A program made the translations under genes and the position numbers. From NCBI GenBank assembly GCA_964016885.1, contig OZ024746.1, positions 50,158,001-50,222,000 on the forward strand: DNA of 64,000 nt, written 5' to 3'. This DNA comes from Eledone cirrhosa (lineage: Eukaryota). Shown here in pieces: positions 35,701 through 50,700 of this stretch; within the stretch, counting starts at the first letter, position 1; the number at the start of each line of letters is the position of its first letter. Under the pieces are notes generated by a model. The model ran no database searches, was not told the DNA's origin, and saw only the letters and a list, made by a program, of their open reading frames with translations.

Positions 35701-38700
35701 GTTTTTTATGGGGGGGTCTCTTTTTTTACTTGGGTGCTCTTTTCTATGGGGTGGTCCGTTTTTTCAGTTGGGTGGTCGTTTTTGGGGGGGGTCTGGTTTT
35801 TATTTTGGTGCCCGTATATTTATAGGGGGGCTGTTTTTTTGGGGGGGTGCCCTTTTTTATGGGGGGTCCTTTTTTATTTGGGTGCCCTTTTTTATGGAGG
35901 GGGTCAGGTCATATTTGAGTGCCCATTTTTTATGGGGGGTCCGTTTTTATTTGGGTGCCCGTTTTTTATGGGGGGTCCGTTTTTCATTTGGGTGCCGGTT
36001 TTTTATGGGGGTGTCCGTTTTCCATTTGGGTATCCGTTTTTCATGTGGGGGTCTGTTTTTTATTTCGGTGCCCGTTTTTTATGGGGGGTTCGTTTTTTAT
36101 TTGGCTGCCCGTATCTTATTAGGGTGCCCATTTTTAATGGTGGTGGTCCGTTTTTTCATTTGGGTTGCCGTTTTGGGGGGGGTCCGCTTTTTATTTGGGT
36201 GCCCGTATTTTTATAAGGGGGGGTCCGTTTTTTGTGGGGTGCCCTTTTTTATGGGGTGTTCTTTTTTATTTGGTGCCCTTTTTCAATGGAGGGGGTCCGG
36301 TTTTATTTGGGTGCCTGTTTTTATGGGGGGTCCGTTTTTCATTTGGCTGCCCATTTTTTATGGGAGCGTCTGTTTGTTATATGGGTTCTCGTTTTTTATT
36401 TGGGTGTCCGTATTTAATGTGGGGAGTCTGTTTTTTATTTGGGCGCTCGTTTTTTATAGGAGGGTATGTTTTTCATTTGGGAGCCCGTTTTTTATGGGTG
36501 GGGTCCGTTTTTATATGGGTGCCCGTTTTTTATGGGCGTGTCCGTTTTTTATTAGCGTGACCGTTTTTTATGGGGTTGTCCGTTTTTATTGGGGGCTCCG
36601 TTTTTTATATGGGTGCCCGTTTTTTATTTGGGTGTCCGTATTTAATGTGGGGAGTCAGTTTTTCATTTTTGCCCGTTTTTTATAGGAGGGTATGTTTTTC
36701 ATTTGGGTGCCCGTTTTTAAGGGGGGTTCCGTTTTTTATATGGGTGCCTGTTTTTTATTTGGGTGCCCGTTTTTATGGGATGGTCCGTTTTTTTATTTGG
36801 GTGCCCATTTTTTATGGGGGGTCCGTTTTTTGTTTGGGCCCCCGTATTTTATTTTTTGTCCGTTTTTCATTAGGGTGCCCGTTTTTTGTGTGGGGTCCGT
36901 TTTCTATTTGGGTGCCCGTTTTTTATGGGGGATCCGTTTTTCATTTGGGTTCCGTTTTTTAGGGGGGTCCGTTTTTTATTTGGGTTTTTTTATGGGGGGT
37001 CTGTTTTTTATTTGGGTGCCCGTTCTTTATTTAGATTCCCGTTTTTTATAGGGGGTTGCGTATTTTATTTGGGTGCCCGTTTTTTATTTGGGTGCCAGTT
37101 ATTTATTTGGGTGCCCGTTTTTTATGCGGGTGCCCGTTTTTTATGCGGGTGTCGGTTTTTTATGCGGGTGCCCGTTTTTTATGCGGGTGTCGGTTTTTCA
37201 TTTGGGTGCCCGTTTTTTATTTGGGGGTCCGTTTTACATTTAGGTGCCCGTATTTTATGGGGGGTCCGTTTTTTATTTGGGTGTCCGTTTTTTATTTGGG
37301 TACCCGTTTTTTATGGGGGGGGGCTGTTTTTTATTGGCGGGTGGTCCGTTCATTATTTGGGTGCCGGTTTTTAATGTGGATGCCCGTTATTTATGGCGGT
37401 CCGTTTTTTTCATTTGGGTGCCCGTTTTTTATGGGGGGTCTTTTTTCATTTGGGCGCCCTTATTTATGGGGTGTCAGTTTTTTATTTGGGTACCCGTTTT
37501 ATAATCCGGTGTCCGTTTTTTATGGGGGGGTCCGTTTTTTTCATTTGGGTGCTCGTTTTTAATGGGGGGTCCGCTTTTTATTTGGGTGCCCGTTGCTTAT
37601 GGTGGGACCGTTTTTTATTTAGGTACCCTTTTATATGAGGGTGGGTCCGATTTTTTGGGGTTTACCCTTTTTATGGGGGGTTCTTTTTTTATTTGGGTGC
37701 CCTTTTTTTATGGTGGGGTCCGTTGTTTATATGTGTGCGCGTTTTTATTTCGGTGCCCGTTTTTTATGGGGGGTCCGTTTTTTATTTGGGTGCCAATTTT
37801 TTGGGGGGGGTCCGTTTTTTCATGTGGGTGCTCGTTTTTTCATTTGGGTGCTCGTTTTTAATGGGGGCGGTCCGCTTTTTATTTGGGTTCCCGTATTTTT
37901 ATGGGGGATCCGTTTTCTATTTGCGTGCCTGTTGCTTATGGGGTGTCCGTTTTTTATATGGATGCCCTTTTTTATGGGGTCCGTTTTTTTATTTGGGTGC
38001 CCGTTTTTTATCAGTGGGGGTCCGTTTATGTTTTGGGTGCCTTTTTTTATGGGCTGTCCTTTTTTTATTTGGCTGCCCGTTTTTTAGGGGGGGGTCCGTT
38101 TTTTATTTGGGTGTCCGTTTTTTATTTGTGTGCACGTTTTTTATGTGGGGTGCCCGTGTTATATTTCGGTGCCCGTTTTTTATAGGAGGGTCCGTTTTCA
38201 TTTGGGTGCCCGTATTTTATGGGAGTGTGCGTTTTTTATTTAGGTGCCCGTATTTTATGGGGGTGTCTGTTTTACATTTGGATGCTCGTTTTTTTATGGG
38301 GGAGTTCGTTTTTTATTCGGGTGCCTTTATTTTATGGAGGGGGTCCGGTTTTATTTGGGTGCCCGTTTTTTATTTGGGTGCCCGTTTTTTATGCGGGTGG
38401 CGTTTTTCGTTTAGGTGCCCTTTTTTATGTGGGGGTCGGTTTTTCATTTAGGTGTCCCATTTTTATGGGGGATGGTCCTTTTTTTATGGGGGTGCGTTTT
38501 TTATTCGGGTGCCCGTCTTTTATGGGGGGTATGACCTTTTTAATTTAGGTGCCCGTATTTTATTTGGGTGCCCGTTTTTTATGGGGCGTCCCTTTATTTT
38601 ATTTGGGTGTCCTTTTTTATGGGGGGTCTGTATTTTATTTGGGTGCCCTTTTTATGGGGGGGTCTGTTTTTTATTTGGGTGCCCGCTTTATATTTCGGTG

Positions 38701-41700
38701 CCAGTTTTTTATGGGGTGGTCCGTTCTTATTTGGGTGCCCGTTTTTTATTTGGGTGCCCATTTTTTGTGGGGAGGTCCGTTTTTTCATTTGGGTGCTCGT
38801 TTTTTATGGGGGGGGTCCGCTTTTTATTTGGGTTCTCGTATTTTATGGGGGACCGTTTCTATTTGGGTGCACGTATTTTATGGGTGGCTCCATTTTTTAT
38901 GGGGGGTTTCGTTTTTCATTTGGGTGTCCGTTTTTTATCGGTGGTCCGTTTTTTATTTTGGTTTCCGTATTTTATGGGGGGTTCCGTTGTTTATATGTGC
39001 GCGTGTTTTTTATTTGGGTTCCCGTTTTTTAAAGGGGCGTCCGTTTTTTATTTGGGTACCCGTATTTTATTTGGGTGCCCGTATTTTATTTGGGTGCCTA
39101 TTTTTTATGGCGGGGTCAGTTTTTTCTTTTGGATGTTCGGTTTTTTCATTTGGGTGCACGTTTTTTTATTTGCGTGCTCGTTTTTTCATTTGGGTGCTCG
39201 TTTTTAATGGAGGCGGTCCGCTTTTTATTTGGGTGCCCGATTTTTATGAGGGAGGGTCCGTTTTTTATGGGGGTCCGTTTTTTATTCGGGTGCCCGTCTT
39301 TTATGTGGGCATGACCGTTTTTTATTTGGGTGCCCGTATTTTATTTGGTTACCCGTTTTTTATGGGGCGTCCGTTTTTTTATTTGCGTGCCTGTTTTTTA
39401 GAGGGGTCCGTCTTTTATTTGGGTGCACGTTTTTTATGGGGGCATCCGTTTTTCATTTGGGTGCCCGTTTTTTATGGGGGTGTCCGTTTTCCATTTGGGT
39501 GTCCGTTTTTCATGGAGTGCCCGTTCTTTATTTGGGTACTCGTTTTTTATGGGGGGGGGCCTGTTTTTTACTGGCGGGTGGTCCGTTCATTATTTGGGTG
39601 CCCGTTTTTTATGTGGATGCCCGTTATTTATGGCGGTCCGTTTTTTTCATTTGGGTGCCCGTTTTTTATGGGGGGTCTTTTTTTATTTGGGTGCCCTTAT
39701 TTATGGGGTGTCAGTTTTTTATTTGGGTACCCGTTTTATATTCCTGTGTCCGCTTTTTTATGGGGGGGTCCGTTTTTTTCATTTGGGTGCTCGTTTTTAA
39801 TGGGGGGGTCCGCTTTTTATTTGGGTGCCAGTATATTTATGGGGTATCCATTTTATTTGGGTGCCCGTTACTTATGGTGGGACCGTTTTTTATTTAGGTA
39901 CCCTTTTTTATGAGGGGGGTCCGATTTTTTGGGGTGTGCCCTTTTTTATGGGGGGCTTTTTTTATTTGGGTGCCCTTTTTTATGGTGGGGGTCCGTTGTT
40001 TATATGTGTGCGCGTTTTTTATTTCGGTGCCCGTTTTTTATGGGGGGTCCGTTTTTTATTTGGGTGCCAATTTTTTATGGGGGGGGTCCGTTTTTTCATT
40101 TGGGTGCTCGTTTTTTCATTTGGGTGCTCGTTTTTAATGGAGGCGGTCCGTGTTTTATTTGGGTGCCCGATTTTTATGAGGGAGGGTCCGTTTTTTATGG
40201 GGGTCCGTTTTTTATTCGGGTGCCCGTCTTTTATGTAGGTATGACCGTTTTTTATTTGGGTGCCCTTATTTTATTTGGATACCCGTTTTTTATGGGGCGT
40301 CCGTTTTTTTCATTTGGGTGCCTACTTTTTATAGGGGTCCGTTGTTTATTTAGGTGCTCGTTTTGATGGGGGAGTCCGTTTTTCATTTGGGTGCCCGTTT
40401 TTTATGGGGGTGTCCGTTTTCCATTTGGGTGTCCGTTTTTCATTTTGGTCCCGTTTATTATGGGGGGGTCCGTTTTTTATTTGGGTTGTCTATTTTTATG
40501 GGCTGTCTGATTTTATTTGGGAGCCCGTTTTTTATATGGGTGCCCGTTTTTTATGTGGGTGCCCGTTTTTATTAGGGTGCTTTTTTATGGAGGGTCCATA
40601 TTTTATATGGGGGCCCGTATTTTATTTGGGTGCCCGTTTCTTATGGGGGTCCGTTTTTTAATTTGGGCGCCCGTTTTTTATTTGGGTGCTCGTTTTATAT
40701 TTCGGTGCGGTTTTTTTATGGTAGGGTCCGTTTTTCATTTGGGTGCCCGTTTTTTATGGGCGGGGTCCGTTTTTTATATGGGTGCTCCTTTTTATTCGGG
40801 TGCCCGTTTTTTATGGGGGGTCCGTTTTTTATATGGTTGCCCGTATTTTATTTGGGTGCCCCTTTTTGAGGGGGCTCCCTTTGGGTGCCCGTTTTAACTT
40901 AGGGTTCCGTTTTTTATGGGGGTCCGCTTTTTATTTGGATGCCCGTATGTTATTTGGGTGCCCATTTTTTATGGGGGGGTCCGTTTTTTCATTTGGGTGA
41001 TCGTTATTTTATGGGGGGGCAGTTTTCTATTTGGGTGCCCGTATTTTATGGGGCGTCCATTTTTTTATGGGGGTCCGTTTTTCATTTGGGTGTCCGATTT
41101 TTATGGAGGTTCCGTTTTTTGTTGGGGTGCCCCTATTTTATGGGGGGTCCGTTTTTCATTAGGGTGCCCGTTTTTTAGGGGGGTCCGTTTTTTATTTGGC
41201 TGCCCGTTTTTTATTTGGATATCCGTATTTTATTTGGGTGTACGTTTTTTATGTGGGGGTCCTTTTTTTGTTTGGCCGCCCGTTCTGTATGGGGGGCCCG
41301 TTTTTATTTGGGTGTCCGTTTTTTTATGGGGGGTCCGTTTTTCATTTGGGTGTCCGATTTTTATGGGGGGTCCGTTTTTTGTTTGGGTGCCCGTTTTTTA
41401 GGGGGGTCCGTTTTTTATTTGGGTGCCCGTTTTTTATGGGGCGGTCCGTTTTTTATTTGGTTGCCCGTTTTTTATTTGAATATTCGTATTCTATTTGGGT
41501 GTACGTTTTTTATGTGGGTGCCCGTTTTTTTATTAGGGTGCTCGTTTTTTATGTGGGTGCCCGTTTTTTATTAGGCTGCCTCTTTTTTATGGGGGGTCCG
41601 TTTTTCATTTGAGTGCCCGTTTTATATTAGGTGGGTCCGTTTTTCATTTGGGAGCCCGTTTTTTATGGACGGGGTCCGTTTTTTATATGGGTGCCCGTTT

Positions 41701-44700
41701 TATTATTCGGGAACCCGTTTATTATGGGGGGGTCCGTTTTTCATTTGGGTGCCTGTTTTTTATGGGTGCTCCGTTTTTTATCGTGGGCTCCGTTTTTTAT
41801 GGGGCGGTCCGTTTTTCATTTGGGTTCCGTTTTTTATGGTGGGGTCCGTTTTTTATATGGGTTGTCTTTTTAATGGGGGGTCTGTTTTTTATTTGGGTGC
41901 CGGTTTTTTATGGCGGGTTCCGTATATTATTTGGGTGCCCGTTTTTTATTTGGGTGTCTGTTTTTTATAGGGGTGTCGGTTTTTCGTTTGGTGCCCGTTA
42001 TTTGTGTGGGTCCGTTTTTCATTTGGGTGAACATTTTATATTTCGGTGCCGGTTTTTTATAGGAGGGCCGTTTTTCATTTGGGAGCCCGTTTTTTTATGG
42101 GCGGGGTCCGTTTTTTATATGGGTCACGTTTTTTATGTGGGTGCCCTTTTTTTTATTTGGGAGCCCGCTTTTTATAGGGGTTCCGTTTTTTATTTGAGTG
42201 ACCGTTTTTCATTTAGGTGCCCGATTTTTATGGAGTAGGGTCCGTTTTTTATTTGGGTGCCCGTATTTTATTTGGATGCTCGTTTTTTTATGGGGCGTCC
42301 GTTATTTTTATTTGGGTGCCCGTTTTTTATGGGGGCGTCCGTTTTTAATTTGGGTGCCCGTTTTTTATGGGGGTGTTCGTTTTTATGGAGTGTCTGTTTT
42401 TTATTTGGGTGCCCTTTATGGTGGGCGTCCGTTTTTTCATTTGGGTGCCCGATTTTTATGGGGTAGGGTCCTGTTTTTATTGGGTGCCTGTTTTTCATGA
42501 GGGTGTCCGTTTTTTATTTGGGTGCCCGTTTTATATTTCGGTGCCCGTATTTTATGGGGGAGTCCGTTCTTTATTTGGGTGCCCGTATTTTATTTGGGTG
42601 CCTATTTTTTATGGCGGGGTCCGTTTTTTCATTTGGGTGCCCATTTTTTGTGGCGGGGTCCGTTTATTCATTTGGGTGCTCGTTTTTTATGGTGGGGTCC
42701 TTTTTTTATTTAGGTGCCTGTATTTTTATGGGGAGTCCTTTTTCTATTTGGGTGCCCGTATTTTATGGGGGGGTCTATTTTTTATGGGTGCCCGTATTTT
42801 ATTTGGGTGCCCGTATTTTATTTGGGTGCCCGTTTTTTATGGGGGCACCGTTTTTTTATTTGTGCGCCCGTATTTTATGTGGTGCCCGTTTTTTATTTGG
42901 GTTCTCGTTTTTTATGGGGTGTCCGTTTTTTATTTGGGTGCCCGTTTTATATTTCAGTGCCCGTTTTTTTAGGAGGGTCCGTTTTTCATTTGGGTGCCCG
43001 TTTTTTATGGGCGGGGTCCATTTTTTATATGGGTGCTTGTTTTATATTCGGGTGCCCGTTTTTAATGGGGGGTCTGTTTTTTATATGGGTGCCCGTATTT
43101 TATTTGTGTGCCCGTTTTTTATGGAGACTCCTTTTTTAGGGGTGCCCGCTTTTTATAGGGGGTCCGTTTTTTATTTGGGTTCCGTTTATTATGGGGGGGG
43201 GCAGTTTTTTATTTGGGTTGTCTTTTTTATTGGGGTCTGTTTTTTATTTGGCTGCCGGTTTTTTATGGGGTCCGATTTTATTTGGGTGCCCCCTATTTTA
43301 TGGGGGGTCCGTTTTTTATTTCGGTGTCCGTTTTTTATTTGGGTGACCGTTTTTTATGTTGGGGGTCGGTTTTTTATTTGGGTGCCCGTGTCATATGTGG
43401 GTGCCCGGTTTTTATAGGAGGGTCCGTTTTTCATTTGGGAGCCCGGTTTTTATGGTGGGGGTCCGTTGTTTATATGTGTGCGCGTTTTTTATTTCGGTGC
43501 CCGTTTTTTATGGGGGGTCCGTTTTTTATTTGGGTGCCAATTTTTTATGGGGGGGGGTCCGTTTTTTCATTTGGGTGCTCGTTTTTAATGGAGGCGGTCC
43601 GTGTTTTATTTGGGTGCCCGATTTTTATGAGGGAGGGTCCGTTTTTTATGGGGGTCCGTTTTTTATTCGGGTGCCCGTCTTTTATGCGGGTATGACCGTT
43701 TTTTATTTGGGTGCCCTTATTTTATTTGGGTACCCGTTTTTTATGGGGCGTCCGTTTTTTTTATTTGGGTGCCTACTTTTTATAGGGGTCCGTTGTTTAT
43801 TTAGGTGCCCGTTTTGATGGGGGAGTCCGTTTTTCATTTGGGTGCCCGTTTTTTATGGGGGTGTCCGTTTCCCATTTGGGTGTCCGTTTTTCATTTTGGT
43901 CCCGTTTATTATGGGGGGGGTTCGTTTTTTATTTGGGTTGTCTATTTTTATGTGGGTGCCCGTTTTTTATTAGGGTGCTTTTTTTATGGAGGATCTGTAT
44001 TTTATATGGGGCGCGTATTTTATTTGGGTGCCCGTTTCTTATGGGGGGTCCATTTTTTAATTTGGGCGCCCGTTTTTTATTTGGGTGCTCGTTTTATATT
44101 TCGGTGCGGTTTTTTTATAGTAGGGTCCGTTTTTCATTTGGGTGCCCGTTTTTTATGGGCGGGGTCCGTTTTTTATATGGGTGCTCCTTTTTATTCGGGT
44201 GCCCGTTTTTTATGGGGGGTCCGTTTTTTATATGGTTGCCCGTATTTTATTTGGGTGCCCCTTTTTGAGGGGGCTCCCTTTGGGTGCCCGTTTTAACTTA
44301 GGGTTCCGTTTTTTATGGGGGGTCCGCTTTTTATTTGGATGCCCGTATGTTATTTGGGTGCCCATTTTTTATGGGGGGGTCCGTTTTTTCATTTGGGTGA
44401 TCGTTATTTTATGGGGGGGTCAGTTTTCTATTTGGGTGCCCGTATTTTATGGGGCGTCCATTTTTTATGGGGGGTCCGTTTTTCATTTGGGTGTCCGATT
44501 TTTATGGAGGTTCCGTTTTTTGTTGGGGTGCCCCTATTTTATGGGGGGTCCGTTTTTCATTAGGGTGCCCGTTTTTTAGGGGGGTCCGTTTTTTATTTGG
44601 CTGCCCGTTCTGTATGGGGGGCCCGTGTCATATGTGGGTGCCCGGTTTTTATAGGAGGGACCGTTTTTCATTTGGGAGCCCGGTTTTTATGGACGGGGTC

Positions 44701-47700
44701 CGTTTTTTATATGGGTGCCCGTTTTCTTATTCGGGAGCCCGTTTTTTATGGGGGGTTCGTTTTTCATTTGGGTGCCCTTTTTTTATGGGGGAGTCCGTTT
44801 TTTATGGGGGGGGGGCCATTTTTCATTTGGGTGCCCGTTTTTTTATTTGGGTGCCTGTTTTTTATGGGGGGACCGTTTTTCATTTGGTTCCCGTTTTTAA
44901 TGGGGGGTCCGTTTTTTATTTGGGTTGTCTCTTTTATGGGGGTCTGTTTTTTATTTGGGTGCCCTATTTTATTTGGTTGCCCGTTTTTTATGGCGGGTAC
45001 CGTATTTTATTTGGGAGCCCGTTTTTTATAGGAGGGTACGTTCTTCATTTGGGAGCGCTTTTTTATGGGCGGGGTCCGTTTTTTATATAGGTGCCCGTTT
45101 TTTATGTGGGTGCCCGTATTTTAGCAGGGTGCCTTTTTTATGGGGGTCCGTTTTTTATATGGGTGCCCGTATTTTATTTGGGTGCCCGTTCCTTATGGGG
45201 TTTTCCGTTTTTTTTATTTGGGTGCCCGATTTTTATAGGGGGTCCGTTTTTTATTTGGCTGCCCGTTTTTATGGAGGGTCCGTTTTTTATTTGTGTGCCC
45301 GTTTTTAGGAGGGTTTTGGTCCGTTTTTTTTATTTGGGTGCCCGTTTTTTATTTGGGTGCTCGTTTTTTATATGGTGTCCGTTTTTTATTTGGGTGCCCG
45401 TTTAATTTTTCGGTGCACGTTTTTTATAGGAGTGTCCGTTTTTCATTCGGAAGCCCGTTTTCTATGGGGGGTCCGTTTTTCATTTGGGTTCCCGTTTTTT
45501 ATGGGGGGGTCCGTTTTTCATTTGGGTGCCTGCTTTTTATGGGGGGGTCCGTTTTTTTTATGTGCCCGCTTTCTATAGGGGGTCCTTTTTTTATTTGGGT
45601 GCCCGTTTTTTATGGGGGGTACCGTATTTTATTTGGGTGCCCCTTTTTTTTTGGGTGCCTGTTTTTATGGGGGTGTCGGTTTTCCGTTTGGGTTCCCGTT
45701 TTTTATGTGTGGGTCTGTTTTTCATTTGTTTGCACGTTTTACATTTCGGTGGCCATTTTTTATAGGAGCGTCCGTTTTTCATTTGGGAGCCCGTTTTTTA
45801 TGGGCGGGGTCCTTTTTTTATATGGGTACCCGTTTTCTTATTCGGAAGCCCGTTTTTTATGGGGGGTCCGTTTTTCATTTGGGTTCCCGTTTTTTATGGG
45901 GGGGGTCCGTTTTTTATTTGGGTTGTCTCTTTTATGGGTGTCTGTTTTTTATTTGCGTGCCCTTTTTTTATAGGAGGGTCCGTTCTTCATTTGGGAGCGC
46001 TTTTTTTATGGGCGGGTCCGTTTTTATATAGGTGCCCGTTTTTTATGTGGGTGCCCGGTTTTTAGCAGGGTGCCTTTTTTATGGGGGCCCGTTTTTTATA
46101 TGGGTGCCCGTATTTTATTTGGGTGCCCGTTTCTTATGGGGTTTTCCTTTTTTTTTATTTGGGTGCCGATTTTTATAGGGGGTCTGTTTTTTATTTGGGT
46201 GCCCATTTTTATGGGAGGGCCGTTTTTTATTTGGGTGCCCGTTTTTTAGGAGGGTGTTGGTCCGTTTTTATTTGGGTGCCCGTTTTTTATTTGGGTGCTC
46301 GTTTTTTATGGAGGGATCCGTTTTTTTTATTTGTGTGTTCGCTTTCTATAGGGGGTCCGTTTTTTATTTGGGTGTCCGTTTTTTAGGGGTATGTTGTTCC
46401 GTTTTTTTATTTGGGTGCCCGTTTTTTATTTGTGTGCCCGTTTTTTATGGGGTGTCCGTTTTTTATTTGGGTGCCCGTTTTATATTTCGGTGCCCGTTTT
46501 TTATAGGAGTGTCGGTTTTCCGTTTGGGTGCCCGTTTTTTATGTGTGGGTCCTCTTTTCATTTGATTGCACGTTTTATATTTCGGGGTCCGTTTTTTATA
46601 TGGGTGCTCGTTTTTTATTCGGGTGCCTGCTTTTTATGGGGGTCCGTTTTTTTTATGTGCCCGCTTTCTATAGGGGGTCCTTTTTTTATTTGGGTGCCCG
46701 TTTTTTATGGGGGGTACAGTATTTTATTTGGGTGCCCGTTTTTTATTTGGGTTTCTGTTTTAATGGGGGTGTCGGTTTTCCGTTTGGGTTCCCGTTTTTT
46801 ATGTGTGGGTCTGTTTTTCATTTGTTTGCACGTTTTACATTTCGGTGGCCGTTTTTTATAGGAGCGTCCGTTTTTCATTTGGGAGCCCGTTTTTTATGGT
46901 CGGCGTCCGTTTTTTATATGGGTGCCCGTATTTTATTTGGGTGCTCGTTTTTTATGGGGGCTCCGTTTCTTTTATTTGGGTGCCCGCTTTTTATAGGGGC
47001 CCGTTTTTTATTTGGGTGCCCGCTTTTTATCCGGGTGCTCGTTTTTTATATGTGGTCCGTTTTTTATTTGGGTTTCTGTTTTAATGGGGGTGTCGGTTTT
47101 CCGTTTGGGTTCCCGTTTTTTATGTGTGGGTCTGTTTTTCATTTGTTTGCACGTTTTACATTTCGGTGGCCGTTTTTTATAGGAGCGTCCGTTTTTCATT
47201 TGGGAGCCCGTTTTTTATGGTCGGCGTCCGTTTTTTATATGGGTGCCCGTATTTTATTTGGGTGCTCGTTTTTTATGGGGGCTCCGTTTCTTTTATTTGG
47301 GTGCCCGCTTTTTATAGGGGCCCGTTTTTTATTTGGGTGCCCGCTTTTTATCCGGGTGCTCGTTTTTTATATGTGGTCCGTTTTTTATTTGGGTTCCGTT
47401 TTTTATTGGGGTCCCTTTTTATTTGGTTTGTCTTTTTATATGGGGGGTCTGTTTTTTATTTGGGTGCCCGTTTTTTATTTGGGTGCCCGTTTTTTATTTG
47501 GGTGCCTGTTTATTATTTGGGTGCCCATTTTTTATTTGGGTGCCCGTTTTTAATAGGGGGTTCCGTTTTTTATTTGGGGGCTCGTTTTTTATGGGGGTCC
47601 GTTTTTTATTTGGGTGCCCGTCTTTTATCAGGGGGTCCGTTTATTTTTTGGGTGCCTTTTTTATGTGGGGAATCTTTTTTATTTGGCTGCCCGTTTTTTA

Positions 47701-50700
47701 TGGAGGGTGCGATTTTATTTGGGTGCCCGTGTTTTATGGGGGGGTTCGTTTTTTATTTGGGTGTACGTTTTTATTTGGATATCCGTTTTTCATTTGGGAG
47801 CCCGTTTTTTATGGACGGAGTCCGTTTTTTATATGGGTGCCCGTTTTCTTATTCGGGTGTCCGTTTTTTATGAAGGGTCCGTTTTTCATTTGGGTTCCGT
47901 TTTTTATGGGGGAATCCGTTTTTTATTTCGGTTGTCTTTTTTTATGGGAGGTCTGTTTTTATTTGGGTGCCCGTTTTTTATTTGTGTGTCCGTTTTTTAT
48001 TTGTGTGCCCGTTTTTTATGGGGGTGTCGGTTTTTCGTTTGGGTGCCCGTTTTTATGTGTGGTTCCGTTTTTCATTTGGGTGCACATTTAATATTTCGGT
48101 GCCCGTTTTTTATAGGAGGGTCCGTTTTTCATTAGAGAGCCCGTTTTTTATATGGGTGCCCGTTTTTTATATGGGCGTCCGTTTTTTATTCGTATGCCCG
48201 TTTTTTTATGGGGGGTCCGTTTTTTATATGGGTGCCCGTATTTTATTTGGGTGCCCATTTTTATGGGGGCTCCGTTTTTTTAATTTGGTTGCCCGTTTGT
48301 ATAGGGGGTCCGTTTTTTATTTGGGTGCCCGTATTTTATGGGGGGTCCATTTTTTATTTGGGTGCCCGTTTTTTTAGGGGGGTGTTGGTCCGTTTTTTAT
48401 TTGAGCGACCGTTTTTTATTTGGGTGCTCGTTATTTATGGGGTGGTCCGATTTTTTTGGGGTGCCCATTTTATATTTCTGTGACCGTTTTTTTATAGGAG
48501 GGTCCGTTTTTCATTTGGGTGCCCGTTTTTTATGGGCGGGGTCAGTTTTTTATATGGGTGTTCGTTTTTTATTCAGGTGCCCGTTTTTTATGGGGGGGGG
48601 GGGCGATTTTTATTTGGGTGCCCTTTTTTTATGGGGCTGTCGGTTTTTCGTTTGGGTACCCGTTTTTATGTGTTGGTCCGTTTTTCATTTGGGTGCACAT
48701 TTAATATTTCGGTGCCCCTTTTTTATAGGAGGGACCGTTTTTCATTAGAGAGCCCGTTTTTTATGGGCGGGGTCCGTTTTTATATGGGTGCCCGTTTTTT
48801 ATTCATGTGCCCGTTTTTTATGGGGGGGGTCCGTTTTTTACATGGGTGCCCGTATTTTATTTGGGTGCCCATTTTTATGGGGACTCCGTTTTTTTTATTT
48901 GGGTGCCCGCTTTTTATAGGGGGTCCGTTTTTTATTTGGGTGCCCGTATTTTATAGGGGGGTCCATTTATTATTTGGGTGCCCGTTTTTTAGGGGGGTGT
49001 TGGTCCGTTTTTTATTTGGGTGCCCGTTTTTTATTTGGGTGCTCGTTTTTTATGGGGGAGGTCCGATTTTTATTTGGGTGCCCATTTTATATTTCGGTGA
49101 CCATTTTTTATAGGAGGGTCCGTTTTTCATTTGGGTGCCCGTTTTTTATGGGCGGGGTCAGTTTTTTATATGGGTGCTCGTTTTTTATTCAGGTGCCAGT
49201 TTTTTTATGGGGGGGGGTCGGTTTTTTATTTAGGTGTCCGTTTTTTATTTGGGTGCCCGTTTTTTATGTCGGGGGTCCGTTTTTATTTGGGTGCCCGTTA
49301 TATATTTGGGTGCCCGTATTTTTATAGGAGGGTGCGTTTTTTATGTGGAGGGTCCGTCTTTTATTTGGGTGTCCGTGTTATATTTAGAGTACCCGTTTTT
49401 TATAGGAGGGTCAGTTTTTATGTGGTAGATCGATTTTTATTTGGGTGCCCGTTTTATATTTCGGTGCCCGTTTTTTATAGGAGGGTCGGTTTTTCATTTG
49501 GGTGCCCGTTTTTTATGGACAGGGTCCGTTTTTAATATGGGTGCCCGTTTTCTTATTTAGGAGCACGTTTTCTATGGGGGGGATCCGTTTTTTATAGGGG
49601 GAGGCGTTTCTTATTTGGGTTCCGTTTTTTATGGGGGGGTCCGTTTTTTATTTGGGGGCCCGTTTTTTAGGGGGTGTTGGTGCGTTTTTTATTTGGGTGC
49701 CCGTTTTTTATGGGGGGGGCCATTTTTTATGGGGTGTCCGTTTTTCATTTGGGTGCCCGTTTTCATGTGTGGGTCCGTTTTTCATTTGGGTGCACATTTA
49801 ATATTTCGGTGCCCATTTTTTATAGGAGGGTCCGTTTTTCATTAGAGAGCCCGATTTTATTGGCGGGGTCCGTTTTTTATACGGTTGCCCGTTTTTTATA
49901 TGGGATCCGTTTTTTATTCGTGTGCCCGTTTTTATGGGGGGATTCCGTTTTTTATATGGGTGCCCGTATTTTATTTGTATGCCCGTTTTTTATGGGGGCT
50001 CCGTTTTTTATTTGGGTGCCCGTATTTTATGGGGAGCCCGTTTTTTATTTGGGTGCCCGTTTTTTATTTGGGTGCTCGTTTTTTATGGGGGGGTCCGATT
50101 TTTATTTGGGTGCCCGTGTTATATTTGGGTGCCCGTTTTTTATAGGAGGGTCCGTTTTTTTATGTGGGAGGTCCGTTTTTCATTTGGGTGCCCGTTTTTT
50201 ATGGTGGAGTCCGTTTTTTACATGGGTGCCCGTTTTCTTATTTAGGAGCACGTTTTTTATGGGGGGTCCGTTTTTCATATGGGTTCCGTTTTTTATGGGG
50301 GGGGCCGTTTTTTATTTGGGTTGTCTTTTTTATGGGGGGTCTGTCTTTTATTTGGGTGCCAGTTTTTTATTTGGGTGCCGGTTTTTTTATGTGGGAGGTC
50401 CGTTTTTTATCTGGGTGCCCGTTTTATATTTCAGTGCCCGTTTTTTATAGGAGGTGTTTTTCATTTGGGGCCCGTTTTTTATATGGGTGCCCGTTTTCTT
50501 ATTTAGGAGCCCGTTGTTTATGGGGGTCCGTTTTTCATTTGCGTTCCGTTTTTTATGTGGGGTCCGTTTTTTATTTGGGTTGTCTTTTTTATGGGCGTCT
50601 GTCTTTTATTTGGGTGCCCGTTTTTTATTAGGGTGCCCGTATTTTATGGGGGGTACCGTATTTTATTTGGGTGCCCGTTTTTTATTTGGGTGCCTGTTTC